Source: Bacteroidia bacterium (lineage in GTDB: Bacteria > Bacteroidota > Bacteroidia > SpSt-205). Taken from it: a DNA stretch of 64,000 nt. The position numbers and the translations under genes are program-made. Positions 56,157 to 64,000 of the stretch are shown piece by piece. The stretch is taken from the NCBI GenBank assembly GCA_039630325.1, contig JBCNVG010000028.1:16242-80241 (forward strand). The letters are read 5' to 3'. How positions within the stretch are numbered: position 1 is the first letter of the stretch; each line of letters begins with the position of its first letter. The notes beneath the pieces are model-generated. The model searched no databases and was not told the origin of the DNA. It worked only from the letters and a program-made list of their open reading frames with translations.

Positions 56157-56227
56157 TGCCCGGTCGTCTAACGGTAGGACAGCAGATTTTGGGTCTGCGT
56201 GTGGGGGTTCGAATCCTCCCCGGGCAA
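56157..56227 (+). tRNA. tRNA-Gln (anticodon UUG)
   Basis: Folded by hand. Acceptor stem TGCCCGG/CCGGGCA (7 bp); D-stem GTCT/GGAC; anticodon stem GCAGA/TCTGC with loop TTTTGGG (anticodon TTG); T-stem GGGGG/CCTCC with loop TTCGAAT; discriminator A. CCA is not encoded. Confidence 0.9.
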
Positions 56228-56231
56228 CACG

Positions 56232-57170
56232 GTGTCGCCCGACACGCCTTTCAAACTCTTTGCAGGCTCCTCCTCCCGTGCCTTTGCTGAGAAAGTAGCC
56301 CAAGCGTATGGGCAGCCCCTTGGCGCACTTACCCTCAATCGCTTCGCTGATGGCGAAATGCAGCCAAAATATGAGGAATCCATCCGAGGCGCCCATGTTT
56401 GTCTCATTCAATCTACTAATGCCCCCGCAGATAACCTATTAGAACTGCTTCTGCTGATAGACGCTGCCAAGCGCGCTTCAGCGGAGGCTATTACTGCGGT
56501 GATTCCGTATTTCGGGTATGCCCGTCAAGACCGTAAAGAAGAAGGGCGAGTCTCCATCGGCGCTAAACTAATCGCTAACCTGCTCCAAGCAGCTGGCGCC
56601 TCTCGAATCGTTACGATGGATCTCCACGCCGGTCAGATTCAAGGATTCTTCGACATACCCCTTGACAACCTGGAAGCCTCGGCTGTACATATACCTTATA
56701 TTCAGTCTCTCAACCTGCACCCTCTCGTAATAGTCTCCCCAGATGCAGGTGGAACTGCCCGCGCCCGTAAATATGCGCGTCATCTGCACGCTGAACTTGC
56801 CTTGGTAGATAAATATCGGGCCCAGGCCAATAAAGTGCATTCCATGCGGCTGATTGGCGAAGTGCGAGAAAAGCATGCCCTCATCGTAGATGACCTGGTA
56901 GATACAGCGGGAACGCTCGTCCACGCGGCTGAACTGCTTATGCAAGAGGGCGCGCTATCAGTCCGTGCGTGTGTAACTCATCCCCTCCTCTCAGGTAATG
57001 CTTACGAAAAAATCGCCCATTCCCCCTTAGTGGAACTAATCGTGACCGATACTTTGCCCTTACGCCAACCGCTTGATAAGATCACGGTACTTTCCGTGGC
57101 GCCGATTTTTGCCCAAGCACTCCGCAATATCCACCAGCATGAATCCGTAAGCGCTTTGTTTTACTCCTGA
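56232..57170 (+). CDS. prs: ribose-phosphate pyrophosphokinase (PRPP synthetase)
   Basis: FKLFAGSSSRAFAEKVA...FADGE...RGAHVCLIQS, YARQDRK and IVDDLVDTAGT are canonical Prs motifs. The only plausible start is GTG 56232, because ORF-track start 56199 lies inside the tRNA T-arm. Confidence 0.9.
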   Translation: MSPDTPFKLFAGSSSRAFAEKVAQAYGQPLGALTLNRFADGEMQPKYEESIRGAHVCLIQSTNAPADNLLELLLLIDAAKRASAEAITAVIPYFGYARQDRKEEGRVSIGAKLIANLLQAAGASRIVTMDLHAGQIQGFFDIPLDNLEASAVHIPYIQSLNLHPLVIVSPDAGGTARARKYARHLHAELALVDKYRAQANKVHSMRLIGEVREKHALIVDDLVDTAGTLVHAAELLMQEGALSVRACVTHPLLSGNAYEKIAHSPLVELIVTDTLPLRQPLDKITVLSVAPIFAQALRNIHQHESVSALFYS

Positions 57171-57452
57171 TTAGCTCACGCCTGAGGCACTCATACCAGC
57201 AAGTACACTTAGGATCTCCTTCCCCATTCGTATGGACTATATAGATAGTTCAGCCATCTCTCCCCCAATAGGTTGAATCTCAAATAGCCTCGTGGTAGGC
57301 CATTTTGAATTAGCCCCTTCTCCTACTTAGATGCACGATTAAATCATGCTCCACCTACTCTCCCCGCTGCTGTCCCGACTACCTGAGACCTGTGATATTT
57401 GCTACTTGAAGAAGAGCAAAAGCAGTGCGATTGAGCAATCCCCCTGCGAAGC

Positions 57453-58394
57453 TTACTTCTCTGAATGAGACTGAGACTTCGCCTGCAAACGAGCTATTTG
57501 AATGAGCTTTTTAGGATGGGCCCGTCGGAGCGCGCTATGGCGCTGGTATTTCTTGATTTGCGCTGGGGAAAGAGTTGCCCAAGTTTCGGGGGAAAAGAAA
57601 GCCACTTTCTTCGGACGCAATGTCAGCTCACCTTGCGGACGAGCAAAGCGGTTCCAAGGGCATACTTGCTGACAAATATCGCATCCAAAAATCCACCCAT
57701 GAAGGTCGGGCATGCCCTCGTCTAAATGCGGGGCTTCTATGGTCCAATATGCAATACAACGCCGCGCATCCAATACATACGGCTCCAGAGCTCCCGTTGG
57801 ACAGGCCTCTACACAGCGAGTACAGGTACCGCACAAGTTAGTAGTGAAGGGGTCGTCTGGTACCAGTTCAGCCGAAGTAAGCACCCCTCCGATAAAGGTG
57901 TAGCTACCTAAGTGGCGATTAAGGAGGAGAGTGTTTTTCCCTATCCAGCCCAAACCAGCTACTACAGCCCAAGCCTTCTCTAAAATCGGAGCCGTATCCA
58001 CAAACGGACGAGCCGCATAGCCGTGACGAATCAGATAATCCGCTATGATCTGCAAGCGAAGCCGCAAGTGAATGTGATAATCCTCCCCCCAGGCATACTG
58101 AGCGATGGCTGATACAGACCGTCCCGTATGAAAATAACTTTGAAGCACAAGAAGCATACTTTTTGCCCCTGGCAAGACAGAGGCGGGATCAGAGCGTAGA
58201 GCTGCACTTTCGTAGAGGTAGGCCATGCTTGCCTGCTTACCTGCGGCAAGCCAAGAGAGAAATTGCTGATAGGCTTGATGCAAGAAAAACGGTGCCTCTG
58301 GTGCATCTAACCGCATAGCAGGGGCGATACCACTTGCATCGAATCCCAAGCCCTTCGCAAGAGCTTTGACAGCTTGAGTGAGAGCCAGGTTCAT
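57453..58394 (-). CDS. queG: epoxyqueuosine reductase
   Basis: 313-aa ORF with two 4Fe-4S motifs (CGTCTRCVEACPTGA and CDICQQVCPWN) in the QueG arrangement. Confidence 0.9.
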   Translation of the reverse strand: MNLALTQAVKALAKGLGFDASGIAPAMRLDAPEAPFFLHQAYQQFLSWLAAGKQASMAYLYESAALRSDPASVLPGAKSMLLVLQSYFHTGRSVSAIAQYAWGEDYHIHLRLRLQIIADYLIRHGYAARPFVDTAPILEKAWAVVAGLGWIGKNTLLLNRHLGSYTFIGGVLTSAELVPDDPFTTNLCGTCTRCVEACPTGALEPYVLDARRCIAYWTIEAPHLDEGMPDLHGWIFGCDICQQVCPWNRFARPQGELTLRPKKVAFFSPETWATLSPAQIKKYQRHSALRRAHPKKLIQIARLQAKSQSHSEK

Positions 58395-59383
58395 CCGAAA
58401 AGGGTCGGCGAATGGCCCTTGAGCGTGCGCCCGAAATGTTCATAAGCCCGAGTCAAAGCCCGACGCCCCCGCAAAGTCCGCTCCATGAAGCCTTCCATTA
58501 TGAGATATGGTTCGTACACCTCTTCTATCGTCTCAGCCTCCTCCCCGATAGCGACGGCCAAAGTCTGGATGCCAGTGGGACCACCACCGAAGCGGTCTAT
58601 GAGCGTCAAAAGAAGCTTTTTATCTATCTCTTCCAGTCCTGCTGGATCTATCCGAAGGGCGGTGAGCGCCTCCTCGGCAAAATTTTCATCAATCTCCTCT
58701 ACTCGACTCACTTGGGCAAAGTCGCGCAAGCGCCGTAATAGGCGATTAGCTGTACGGGGGGTGCCACGGCTACGGCGAGCGATTGCGGCAGCGGCACCTT
58801 CGGTGATATACATTCCAAGTAAGTGAGCGGAACGCAAGACGATCTGGCTAAGTTCCGCCCGAGTGTAATACTCCACATGAATCGTAATCCCAAATCGCGC
58901 CACAAGCGGGGCGGTCAAAAGCCCTAATCGGGTAGTAGCGCCTACAAGTGTAAAGGGCTTGAGGCGGAGTTGAAGCGTTCGAGCGTGTGGCCCGCTATCT
59001 ATGACTATGTCCAGTCGATAGTCCTCCATAGCGCTGTATAAGTACTCCTCTATGGAGGGATGCAGCCGATGAATCTCGTCTATAAATAGCACATCACCAG
59101 CCTCTAACTGAGTGAGCAACCCCGCTAAATCGGCTGGCCGTTGAAGCGCTGGACCACTGGTAGTAAAGAGCCGCGTACCCATTTCATAAGCTATGATATG
59201 AGCCAGGGTGGTCTTCCCCAGTCCTGGAGGACCGTAAAATAATGTATGGTCTAAAGGCTCATTGCGTTCTCGCGCGGCTGCAATAAAAATACGCAGATTC
59301 TGAAGGAAAGGCCGCTCCCCGACGAAATCAGATAAGCTTTTAGGGCGCAGGGCTCGTTCCTCAGGATCAAGGGCTACTTTCAT
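58391..59383 (-). CDS. ruvB: Holliday junction branch-migration ATPase RuvB
   Basis: 330-aa ORF with LRPKSLSDFVGE, Walker A GPPGLGKTT, and FIDEIHRL. Confidence 0.95.
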   Translation of the reverse strand: MKVALDPEERALRPKSLSDFVGERPFLQNLRIFIAAARERNEPLDHTLFYGPPGLGKTTLAHIIAYEMGTRLFTTSGPALQRPADLAGLLTQLEAGDVLFIDEIHRLHPSIEEYLYSAMEDYRLDIVIDSGPHARTLQLRLKPFTLVGATTRLGLLTAPLVARFGITIHVEYYTRAELSQIVLRSAHLLGMYITEGAAAAIARRSRGTPRTANRLLRRLRDFAQVSRVEEIDENFAEEALTALRIDPAGLEEIDKKLLLTLIDRFGGGPTGIQTLAVAIGEEAETIEEVYEPYLIMEGFMERTLRGRRALTRAYEHFGRTLKGHSPTLFG

Positions 59384-59798
59384 GTGAGAGGTGCTTCACC
59401 ATGTGATAAACAGAACTTCCCCCTCTGCGCCGACGCACGTCAATTTTGTCTATCAAACGCCGAATGAGATATATGCCAAAGCCCCCAGGCCTGTCTGTAC
59501 CTGCCCGTAGCAAGGTGGGCTCTGCGGGATATGCATGAAGGTCGTAAGGGGGAGCTGGATCATAGAGGTAGATATGCAAAGTATCTCCTTGTAATCGGAG
59601 GTCTAAGCGAAGCTGTTTTTTTGGATCCTCTGCGTTTCCGTGGAGAATAGAGTTTGCGCACAGTTCTTCAATGGCTACCGTAATTTGATTCAGTAATACA
59701 GATGAAGATACCTTGGGCCGCAAGTGCGTTTGTACAAAGTGGCGAATGATAGGCAGATTTTCAGTAGATGCCCCAAACTGCAGACTAACCTTAAGCAT
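59367..59798 (-). CDS. RsbW/SpoIIAB-like anti-sigma-type Ser/Thr kinase (HATPase_c_2)
   Basis: 143-aa ORF with an N-box EELCANSILHG and a G-box GGFGIYLIRRL. Confidence 0.8.
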   Translation of the reverse strand: MLKVSLQFGASTENLPIIRHFVQTHLRPKVSSSVLLNQITVAIEELCANSILHGNAEDPKKQLRLDLRLQGDTLHIYLYDPAPPYDLHAYPAEPTLLRAGTDRPGGFGIYLIRRLIDKIDVRRRRGGSSVYHMVKHLSHESSP

Positions 59799-60132
59799 GA
59801 GTGACGGGCATAAGCTTCGTCAGCCCTAAAAGGTCCAAAATGTTATACACTTCTGGGAGGACCTCTTGGAGTTCCAGAGAAATACCCTTCGGACTAAGGT
59901 TATCAATAGACATAAGGAGGATTCCTGCCCCTGCACTTGAGAGATAGGTCAAACGGCGGCAGTTTAGAATGATTTTACGAATATTTGGATGCTGTTGGAG
60001 GAGACGATTAAGGTTCTCATAGAGCTTAGGAGCTGTAAGAGCATCAAGTTCACCCGTGAGTGCTAAGTGAAGGGCCGTATGATTGCTACTTGGGAGGACT
60101 TCTATCTGCATAGAACAAAGATACAATCTCAT
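59791..60132 (-). CDS. STAS-domain anti-sigma-factor antagonist-like protein (RsbV/SpoIIAA-like)
   Basis: 113-aa ORF with the pattern LTGELDALTAPKL...ILNCRRLTYLSSAGAGILL and a candidate phospho-Ser in YLSSAG. Its ATG overlaps the upstream stop (ATGA). Confidence 0.8.
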   Translation of the reverse strand: MRLYLCSMQIEVLPSSNHTALHLALTGELDALTAPKLYENLNRLLQQHPNIRKIILNCRRLTYLSSAGAGILLMSIDNLSPKGISLELQEVLPEVYNILDLLGLTKLMPVTHA

Positions 60133-62132
60133 CCTAAATACCGTACTACGAGGAGCGTCCCATCATCTCCAAGGGTTGTATCTCCTACAAAAGCACGCAC
60201 AGCCTGAACTACTGCCTCTGCAATTTCACGCGGGGTGGCATGAACATTTGCCTTGAACACAGATAAAAGCCGCTCTACACCGAACATTTCACCTGAGACA
60301 TTGGCTGCCTCAATAAATCCATCGCTAAAAAATAAAAATAAAGCACCTGGTACGAGCCGTCCCCTTTCAGGAGTAAGGATTCGTTTGATGATTTGCGAGG
60401 ATGTACTGCCTAATACAATCCCAGACGGTCGCAAAATATCTACCTCATCTACCAATGGATTCCAATAGAATATTTCAGGATTGCCCGCCCTAAAGAGAAC
60501 ATACTCATTCTTTACAAAATCAAATCGTAAAAGCGTAGCAGCAATAAAGTTATTTTTATGAAAAACTCGCTTAAGGGCATCATTTAGCTGAAAGAGCAGC
60601 TCTTCGACTTCTAACTTTTGCAGCCAAAGCGTATTCAGAGCAGCCCGAGCTTGGGCCATTTGATAAGCTGCAGCAATCCCACTCCCTGCACTATCAGACA
60701 ACCAGAAATCCACCACATCTCCCCCAGGGAACTCATGTATTTGGTAGTAATCTCCTCCGATTGTACGATCGTACTGTTCAAAATGTACATAAAAGTCCAC
60801 CTTTTTGAGAATGGGCGGTGGGGGAGGCATGAGGGCTTCTCGGGTCTCCCGTAAAAAGTCTATTTCCTTTCGCGCTGTCAGAAGCTGCTCCTGATAGCTG
60901 CGCCGATCCAAGTTCTCTAAAAATAGGGCCGTCTGTTCAGTCAGAGTCTTGATGATTTCCACATCCCTCTCCTCAAATCCATCTGGCAAAGCGCTAACCA
61001 CCGCCATGGATAAAGTCTGATTGAGTAAAGTGCCTGAAAGTCGCACAAGTGGACGCTGCGTTAGTACCACCGATACATCAGGTAAGCGACGAGAAGACTT
61101 CTGAAGAGAGGGAATGAACTCTATATACGCTTCCGTACCACTACGCTCCAATAGGAGCTTCCGTAGCGTTTCACGAAGGTGAGCATTAGACAGACTATCC
61201 ACAGAAATCATCTCCTCAGGAGTAGAGCGCAGAAATATTAGTGCCCCCCCCACTGAAGATATCCTCCTGAGCGTCTCTTTTGTAGTCTCCAAGACCATTT
61301 GAGGCGAAGTGGAGCTTTGCTGCCGAGCAAGAAACTCTGTCAGGAGTTCTAATGAGTCCCCATTTCCTTTACCTAACGAGATTAGGCGCAGTAAAAGAAA
61401 GGTTACAAACCATCCTCCATGAAGAAGTACTACGGCTACGAGAACGAATGATATATTCTCCAAAAGAGGAGGAAAAGTCCCTAAGAAATGCAACGGAATA
61501 ATCCGCCACGCTATGAATAAAATGACTATAGTAGTGATTAGCAGAGCCAAGGTCTCTGTAACCCTCTGATTCTGACTGAGACTTTCCTGAATCCAATCAC
61601 TAAAATATAGAAGGGGGAGAATCCCAACCCACAGAAGTGGAGCCAGTAGGGTGCCTATAGTCAGGTTGATATTTTGCACAATGAGAACTACTGTAGTGAG
61701 AGCAAAATAACCAGTGATGGCTAAGGCCTTCATCGGACGAACTCTAAAACTGATCAAATGACCAGCTATAGCCAGATGAGCCGCAGCCTGTAAAACCACC
61801 CCCCCCTCTAAAAGGGCAGTAACAAGATTGTATAGGCGGGTAGAGGCCGGATCAACTAATAAGCTGACCCCCCCCCATAAAATCGCATGAGCTGCTCCCA
61901 ATACACTCAAGAGGGTATCCCAACGAAGGAAACGAAACGGTGTGCGCCACCTCCGAGGAATTTCACTACTTAGGAAGAGATACAAGCCTGCACTGAATGC
62001 AAGAAAACTAAATATTCCTACCCATCCAGATACGGGAGACTCGGTAGAAAAATACCGAAGCCATATATAGAGAAGCGTCCCGACTACGGCTGAAATACTC
62101 AAAACATGACCAGCCGACCGAGAAAGTCTCAC
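60129..62132 (-). CDS. polytopic membrane sensor fused to a PP2C/SpoIIE phosphatase (RsbU-like)
   Basis: 667-aa ORF with about 8 N-terminal TM segments, a GAF-sized linker, and a SpoIIE domain ([37 protein letters not shown]). The GTG start overlaps the guaB stop (GTGA). Confidence 0.8.
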   Translation of the reverse strand: MRLSRSAGHVLSISAVVGTLLYIWLRYFSTESPVSGWVGIFSFLAFSAGLYLFLSSEIPRRWRTPFRFLRWDTLLSVLGAAHAILWGGVSLLVDPASTRLYNLVTALLEGGVVLQAAAHLAIAGHLISFRVRPMKALAITGYFALTTVVLIVQNINLTIGTLLAPLLWVGILPLLYFSDWIQESLSQNQRVTETLALLITTIVILFIAWRIIPLHFLGTFPPLLENISFVLVAVVLLHGGWFVTFLLLRLISLGKGNGDSLELLTEFLARQQSSTSPQMVLETTKETLRRISSVGGALIFLRSTPEEMISVDSLSNAHLRETLRKLLLERSGTEAYIEFIPSLQKSSRRLPDVSVVLTQRPLVRLSGTLLNQTLSMAVVSALPDGFEERDVEIIKTLTEQTALFLENLDRRSYQEQLLTARKEIDFLRETREALMPPPPPILKKVDFYVHFEQYDRTIGGDYYQIHEFPGGDVVDFWLSDSAGSGIAAAYQMAQARAALNTLWLQKLEVEELLFQLNDALKRVFHKNNFIAATLLRFDFVKNEYVLFRAGNPEIFYWNPLVDEVDILRPSGIVLGSTSSQIIKRILTPERGRLVPGALFLFFSDGFIEAANVSGEMFGVERLLSVFKANVHATPREIAEAVVQAVRAFVGDTTLGDDGTLLVVRYLG

Positions 62133-63586
62133 TTAGCAGAATAGTTAGGCGCTTCCCGAATGATTTCTAGGCTATGTGGATGACTTTCAGCGATACTGGC
62201 GGCACTAACGCGTATAAATTGGGCTTTTCGTAGCTCAGCCAAAGAAGCAGCTCCACAATATCCCATGCCCGCTTTGAGCCCACCAACAAGCTGGTGTAAA
62301 ACCTCAGCTACCGTACCTCGGTAAGGTACCCGTCCGACAACGCCTTCTGGTACGAGTTTCCGGGGTGACTCTTTATTTTGGCCGTATCTATCTGCACTCC
62401 CAGCCTGCATAGCTTCCAACGACCCCATACCCCGATACACTTTGAATTTGCGCCCTTCATACAAGATCGTTTCTCCCGGGCTTTCTTCTGTGCCAGCTAA
62501 AAGCCCTCCTATCATGACTGCATCGGCGCCAGCAGCCAAAGCTTTCGTTATATCTCCACTATAGCGGATCCCTCCATCTGCAATTAACCCAACATTGGCT
62601 GGTCGGGTCACCGTAGCCACGGCCATGATTGCCGAAAGCTGCGGTACACCCACCCCAGTAACTACTCGAGTAGTACAAATGCTACCTGGACCGATACCCA
62701 CCTTTACTGCATCTGCACCTGCTTCTATGAGAGCAGAGGCAGCTTCCGCCGTAGCAATGTTTCCAGCTGTAATAGGCACATGAGGATAACGCTCCCGCAG
62801 GCGCCGCAGCGTTTCAATTACTCGCTGGCTATGCCCATGAGCCGTATCTATGACGAGCATGTCTACACCCGCTTGAACCAGCAGCTCGGCCCGATGAAGT
62901 GCTTCTTCGCCTACGCCGACAGCAGCCGCCACTCGCAGTCGTCCCAATGCATCTTTACAAGCATTGGGGTAAGTCTTTTTACGCAGAATATCCTTGTAGG
63001 TTATCAGCCCTACTAACCTACCCGCTTTATCCACGAGGGGCAGCTTCTCTATGCGATGTTTGCGAAGGATTGTTTCGGCTTCTTCCAGGGTAGTCTCCTC
63101 AGGAGCTGTAATTAGAGGCTGAGGCGTCATATAAGCCGATACTGGCGTCTCGTCCGGCTGAACGAACCGAATGTCCCGATTAGTAAGAATGCCCACTAAA
63201 TGCCGCTGCCGATCCACGATAGGAATCCCCCCAATCCGATGCTCCGCCATGAGCTGAAATGCCTCCCGAACGGGCGCCTCCGGATGAAGTACTATTGGAT
63301 CTATGATTAGACCGCTCTCATAACGTTTCACGCGACGGACTTGCTCCGCCTGCTCCCCAGGAGTAAGATTCTTATGAATAACACCCATGCCACCCGCGCT
63401 TGCCATAGCAATTGCCATCTGGTACTCGGTAACCGTATCCATCGCCGCGCTCAGGATAGGGATATTCAGGGAGAAGCCAGGCATTAGGGTAGTGGTTACA
63501 TCAGCCTCTTCTGGAAGTATTTCTGAATAGGCTGGCACGAGTAATACATCATCATACGTAAGCGCCAGGGGTATTTCGCGTGCCAT
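62129..63586 (-). CDS. guaB: IMP dehydrogenase (with CBS pair)
   Basis: [14 protein letters not shown], the catalytic loop [11 protein letters not shown] and [11 protein letters not shown] 63586 is preferred over the ORF-track start TTG 63592, which lies inside the -7 box. Confidence 0.95.
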   Translation of the reverse strand: MAREIPLALTYDDVLLVPAYSEILPEEADVTTTLMPGFSLNIPILSAAMDTVTEYQMAIAMASAGGMGVIHKNLTPGEQAEQVRRVKRYESGLIIDPIVLHPEAPVREAFQLMAEHRIGGIPIVDRQRHLVGILTNRDIRFVQPDETPVSAYMTPQPLITAPEETTLEEAETILRKHRIEKLPLVDKAGRLVGLITYKDILRKKTYPNACKDALGRLRVAAAVGVGEEALHRAELLVQAGVDMLVIDTAHGHSQRVIETLRRLRERYPHVPITAGNIATAEAASALIEAGADAVKVGIGPGSICTTRVVTGVGVPQLSAIMAVATVTRPANVGLIADGGIRYSGDITKALAAGADAVMIGGLLAGTEESPGETILYEGRKFKVYRGMGSLEAMQAGSADRYGQNKESPRKLVPEGVVGRVPYRGTVAEVLHQLVGGLKAGMGYCGAASLAELRKAQFIRVSAASIAESHPHSLEIIREAPNYSAK

Positions 63587-63589
63587 GAA

Positions 63590-63611
63590 CAAAGGTAAGT
63601 AAGTAGCTTCG
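63590..63611. promoter_or_regulatory. back-to-back -7 boxes for divergent guaB (TACCTTTG, minus strand) and nuoI (TAGCTTCG, plus strand)
   Basis: Boxes at 63590..63597 (minus) and 63604..63611 (plus), 6 nt apart. They lie 3 nt and 5 nt from ATG 63586 and ATG 63617 respectively. Confidence 0.45.
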
Positions 63612-63616
63612 TATAG

Positions 63617-64000
63617 ATGTACAGCCTGTTACGGGGACTTCTCCTCGCCTTACGACATGGGATAAAAGGCTGGCGGAGGCATAATCGCTATCCTCTTGAG
63701 AAGAATGTATTCTCCTCCCCGCCAGGCGGTGCTGTTACTCATCCCTATCCCCATGTAAAGCTTCCAATGCCCGAAAATGGCCATTATCGCTTACATGTGG
63801 CGATAGAAGACTGCATTGGCTGCGATTTGTGTGCGAGGGTTTGTCCTGTGAACTGTATCACCATAGAAAAGCAGAAGGCTCAGACCCTCCTGGGGTACAC
63901 TTCTTCTGGAGCGCCGAGAAAGTTTCATTTGCCTCGATTTGATATAGATCATGCTTTATGCTGTTTTTGCGGCCTGTGTACGATAGTGTGTCCAACGGAA
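63617..64000 (+). CDS. nuoI: NADH-quinone oxidoreductase subunit I-like 2x[4Fe-4S] protein (partial, runs off the window end)
   Basis: Translation from ATG 63617 gives ...[45 protein letters not shown]...[22 protein letters not shown]. This is the NuoI layout of YP-x-K, a first CxxCxxCxxxCP motif, then FDID..C.FCG.C...CP. Confidence 0.75.
   Translation, partial: MYSLLRGLLLALRHGIKGWRRHNRYPLEKNVFSSPPGGAVTHPYPHVKLPMPENGHYRLHVAIEDCIGCDLCARVCPVNCITIEKQKAQTLLGYTSSGAPRKFHLPRFDIDHALCCFCGLCTIVCPTE

Noticed and set aside
56199-56231. Longest-ORF start of prs (GTG 56199)
   Set aside because: It lies inside the T-arm of tRNA-Gln. GTG 56232 is the first start outside the tRNA and still precedes the conserved Prs N-terminus.
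1-64000. Scan for CRISPR arrays, IS elements or transposases, integrases, phage genes, toxin-antitoxin pairs, restriction-modification or other known defence genes, rRNA, and further tRNAs
   Set aside because: No regularly spaced direct repeats, terminal inverted repeats, recombinase or transposase motifs, or nuclease/methylase signatures were seen. The only RNA gene that folds convincingly is tRNA-Gln at 56157-56227. A T-loop-like GGTTGAATC at about 57270 lacks acceptor and stem pairing.

Overview
This is a very gene-dense 64-kb chromosomal segment of roughly 50% GC. It reads as a Bacteroidota / FCB-group bacterium: three proteins carry T9SS-type C-terminal sorting domains, several signal peptides end in LWAQ, and Bacteroidetes-type TAnnTTTG promoter boxes are present. 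I call about 58 protein genes, one tRNA-Gln(UUG), and two decayed genes (hisIE and a TPR-CHAT gene). All product calls rest on motif and architecture recognition only; no database search was possible.

The content is mostly housekeeping:
- clpB (partial), a polyprenyl synthase, Nfu, a bacilliredoxin, HMG-CoA lyase, a 7TM-HD hydrolase, an ATP-dependent DNA ligase, rpmB, nnr, a UbiD-family and a UbiA-family enzyme, an APC permease, the H+-pyrophosphatase hppA and a TonB-dependent receptor.
- hisB-hisH-hisA-hisF-hisIE, an HtrA protease, an RsmB/F methyltransferase and tsaB-rimI.
- An LPS-core-like glycan cluster: two GT9, two GT2-type and one GT4 glycosyltransferases, a Wzx-like flippase, coaD and an LptF/G permease.
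- rmuC, tRNA-Gln-prs, queG, ruvB, guaB and nuoI (partial).

I saw no CRISPR array, IS element, integrase, prophage or recognisable defence genes.

Most notable observations:
1. A TAnnTTTG -7 box lies only 3-9 nt upstream of the start codon at 15 transcription-unit heads, and 8 nt before the mature tRNA-Gln 5' end. This implies largely leaderless expression. The pattern includes two mirror-image divergent promoter pairs.
2. prs starts 4 nt after the tRNA-Gln 3' end.
3. An RsbU/RsbV/RsbW-like partner-switching cassette is translationally chained between guaB and ruvB-queG. The window also holds two more SpoIIE phosphatases and an orphan SiaC-like (DUF1987) gene.
4. An Spt/Kbl-type alpha-oxoamine synthase, a TPR-SpoIIE phosphatase and a CarboxypepD_reg-like protein form one operon.
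5. hisIE is broken by two frameshifts at homopolymer runs, and the TPR-CHAT gene is heavily decayed.
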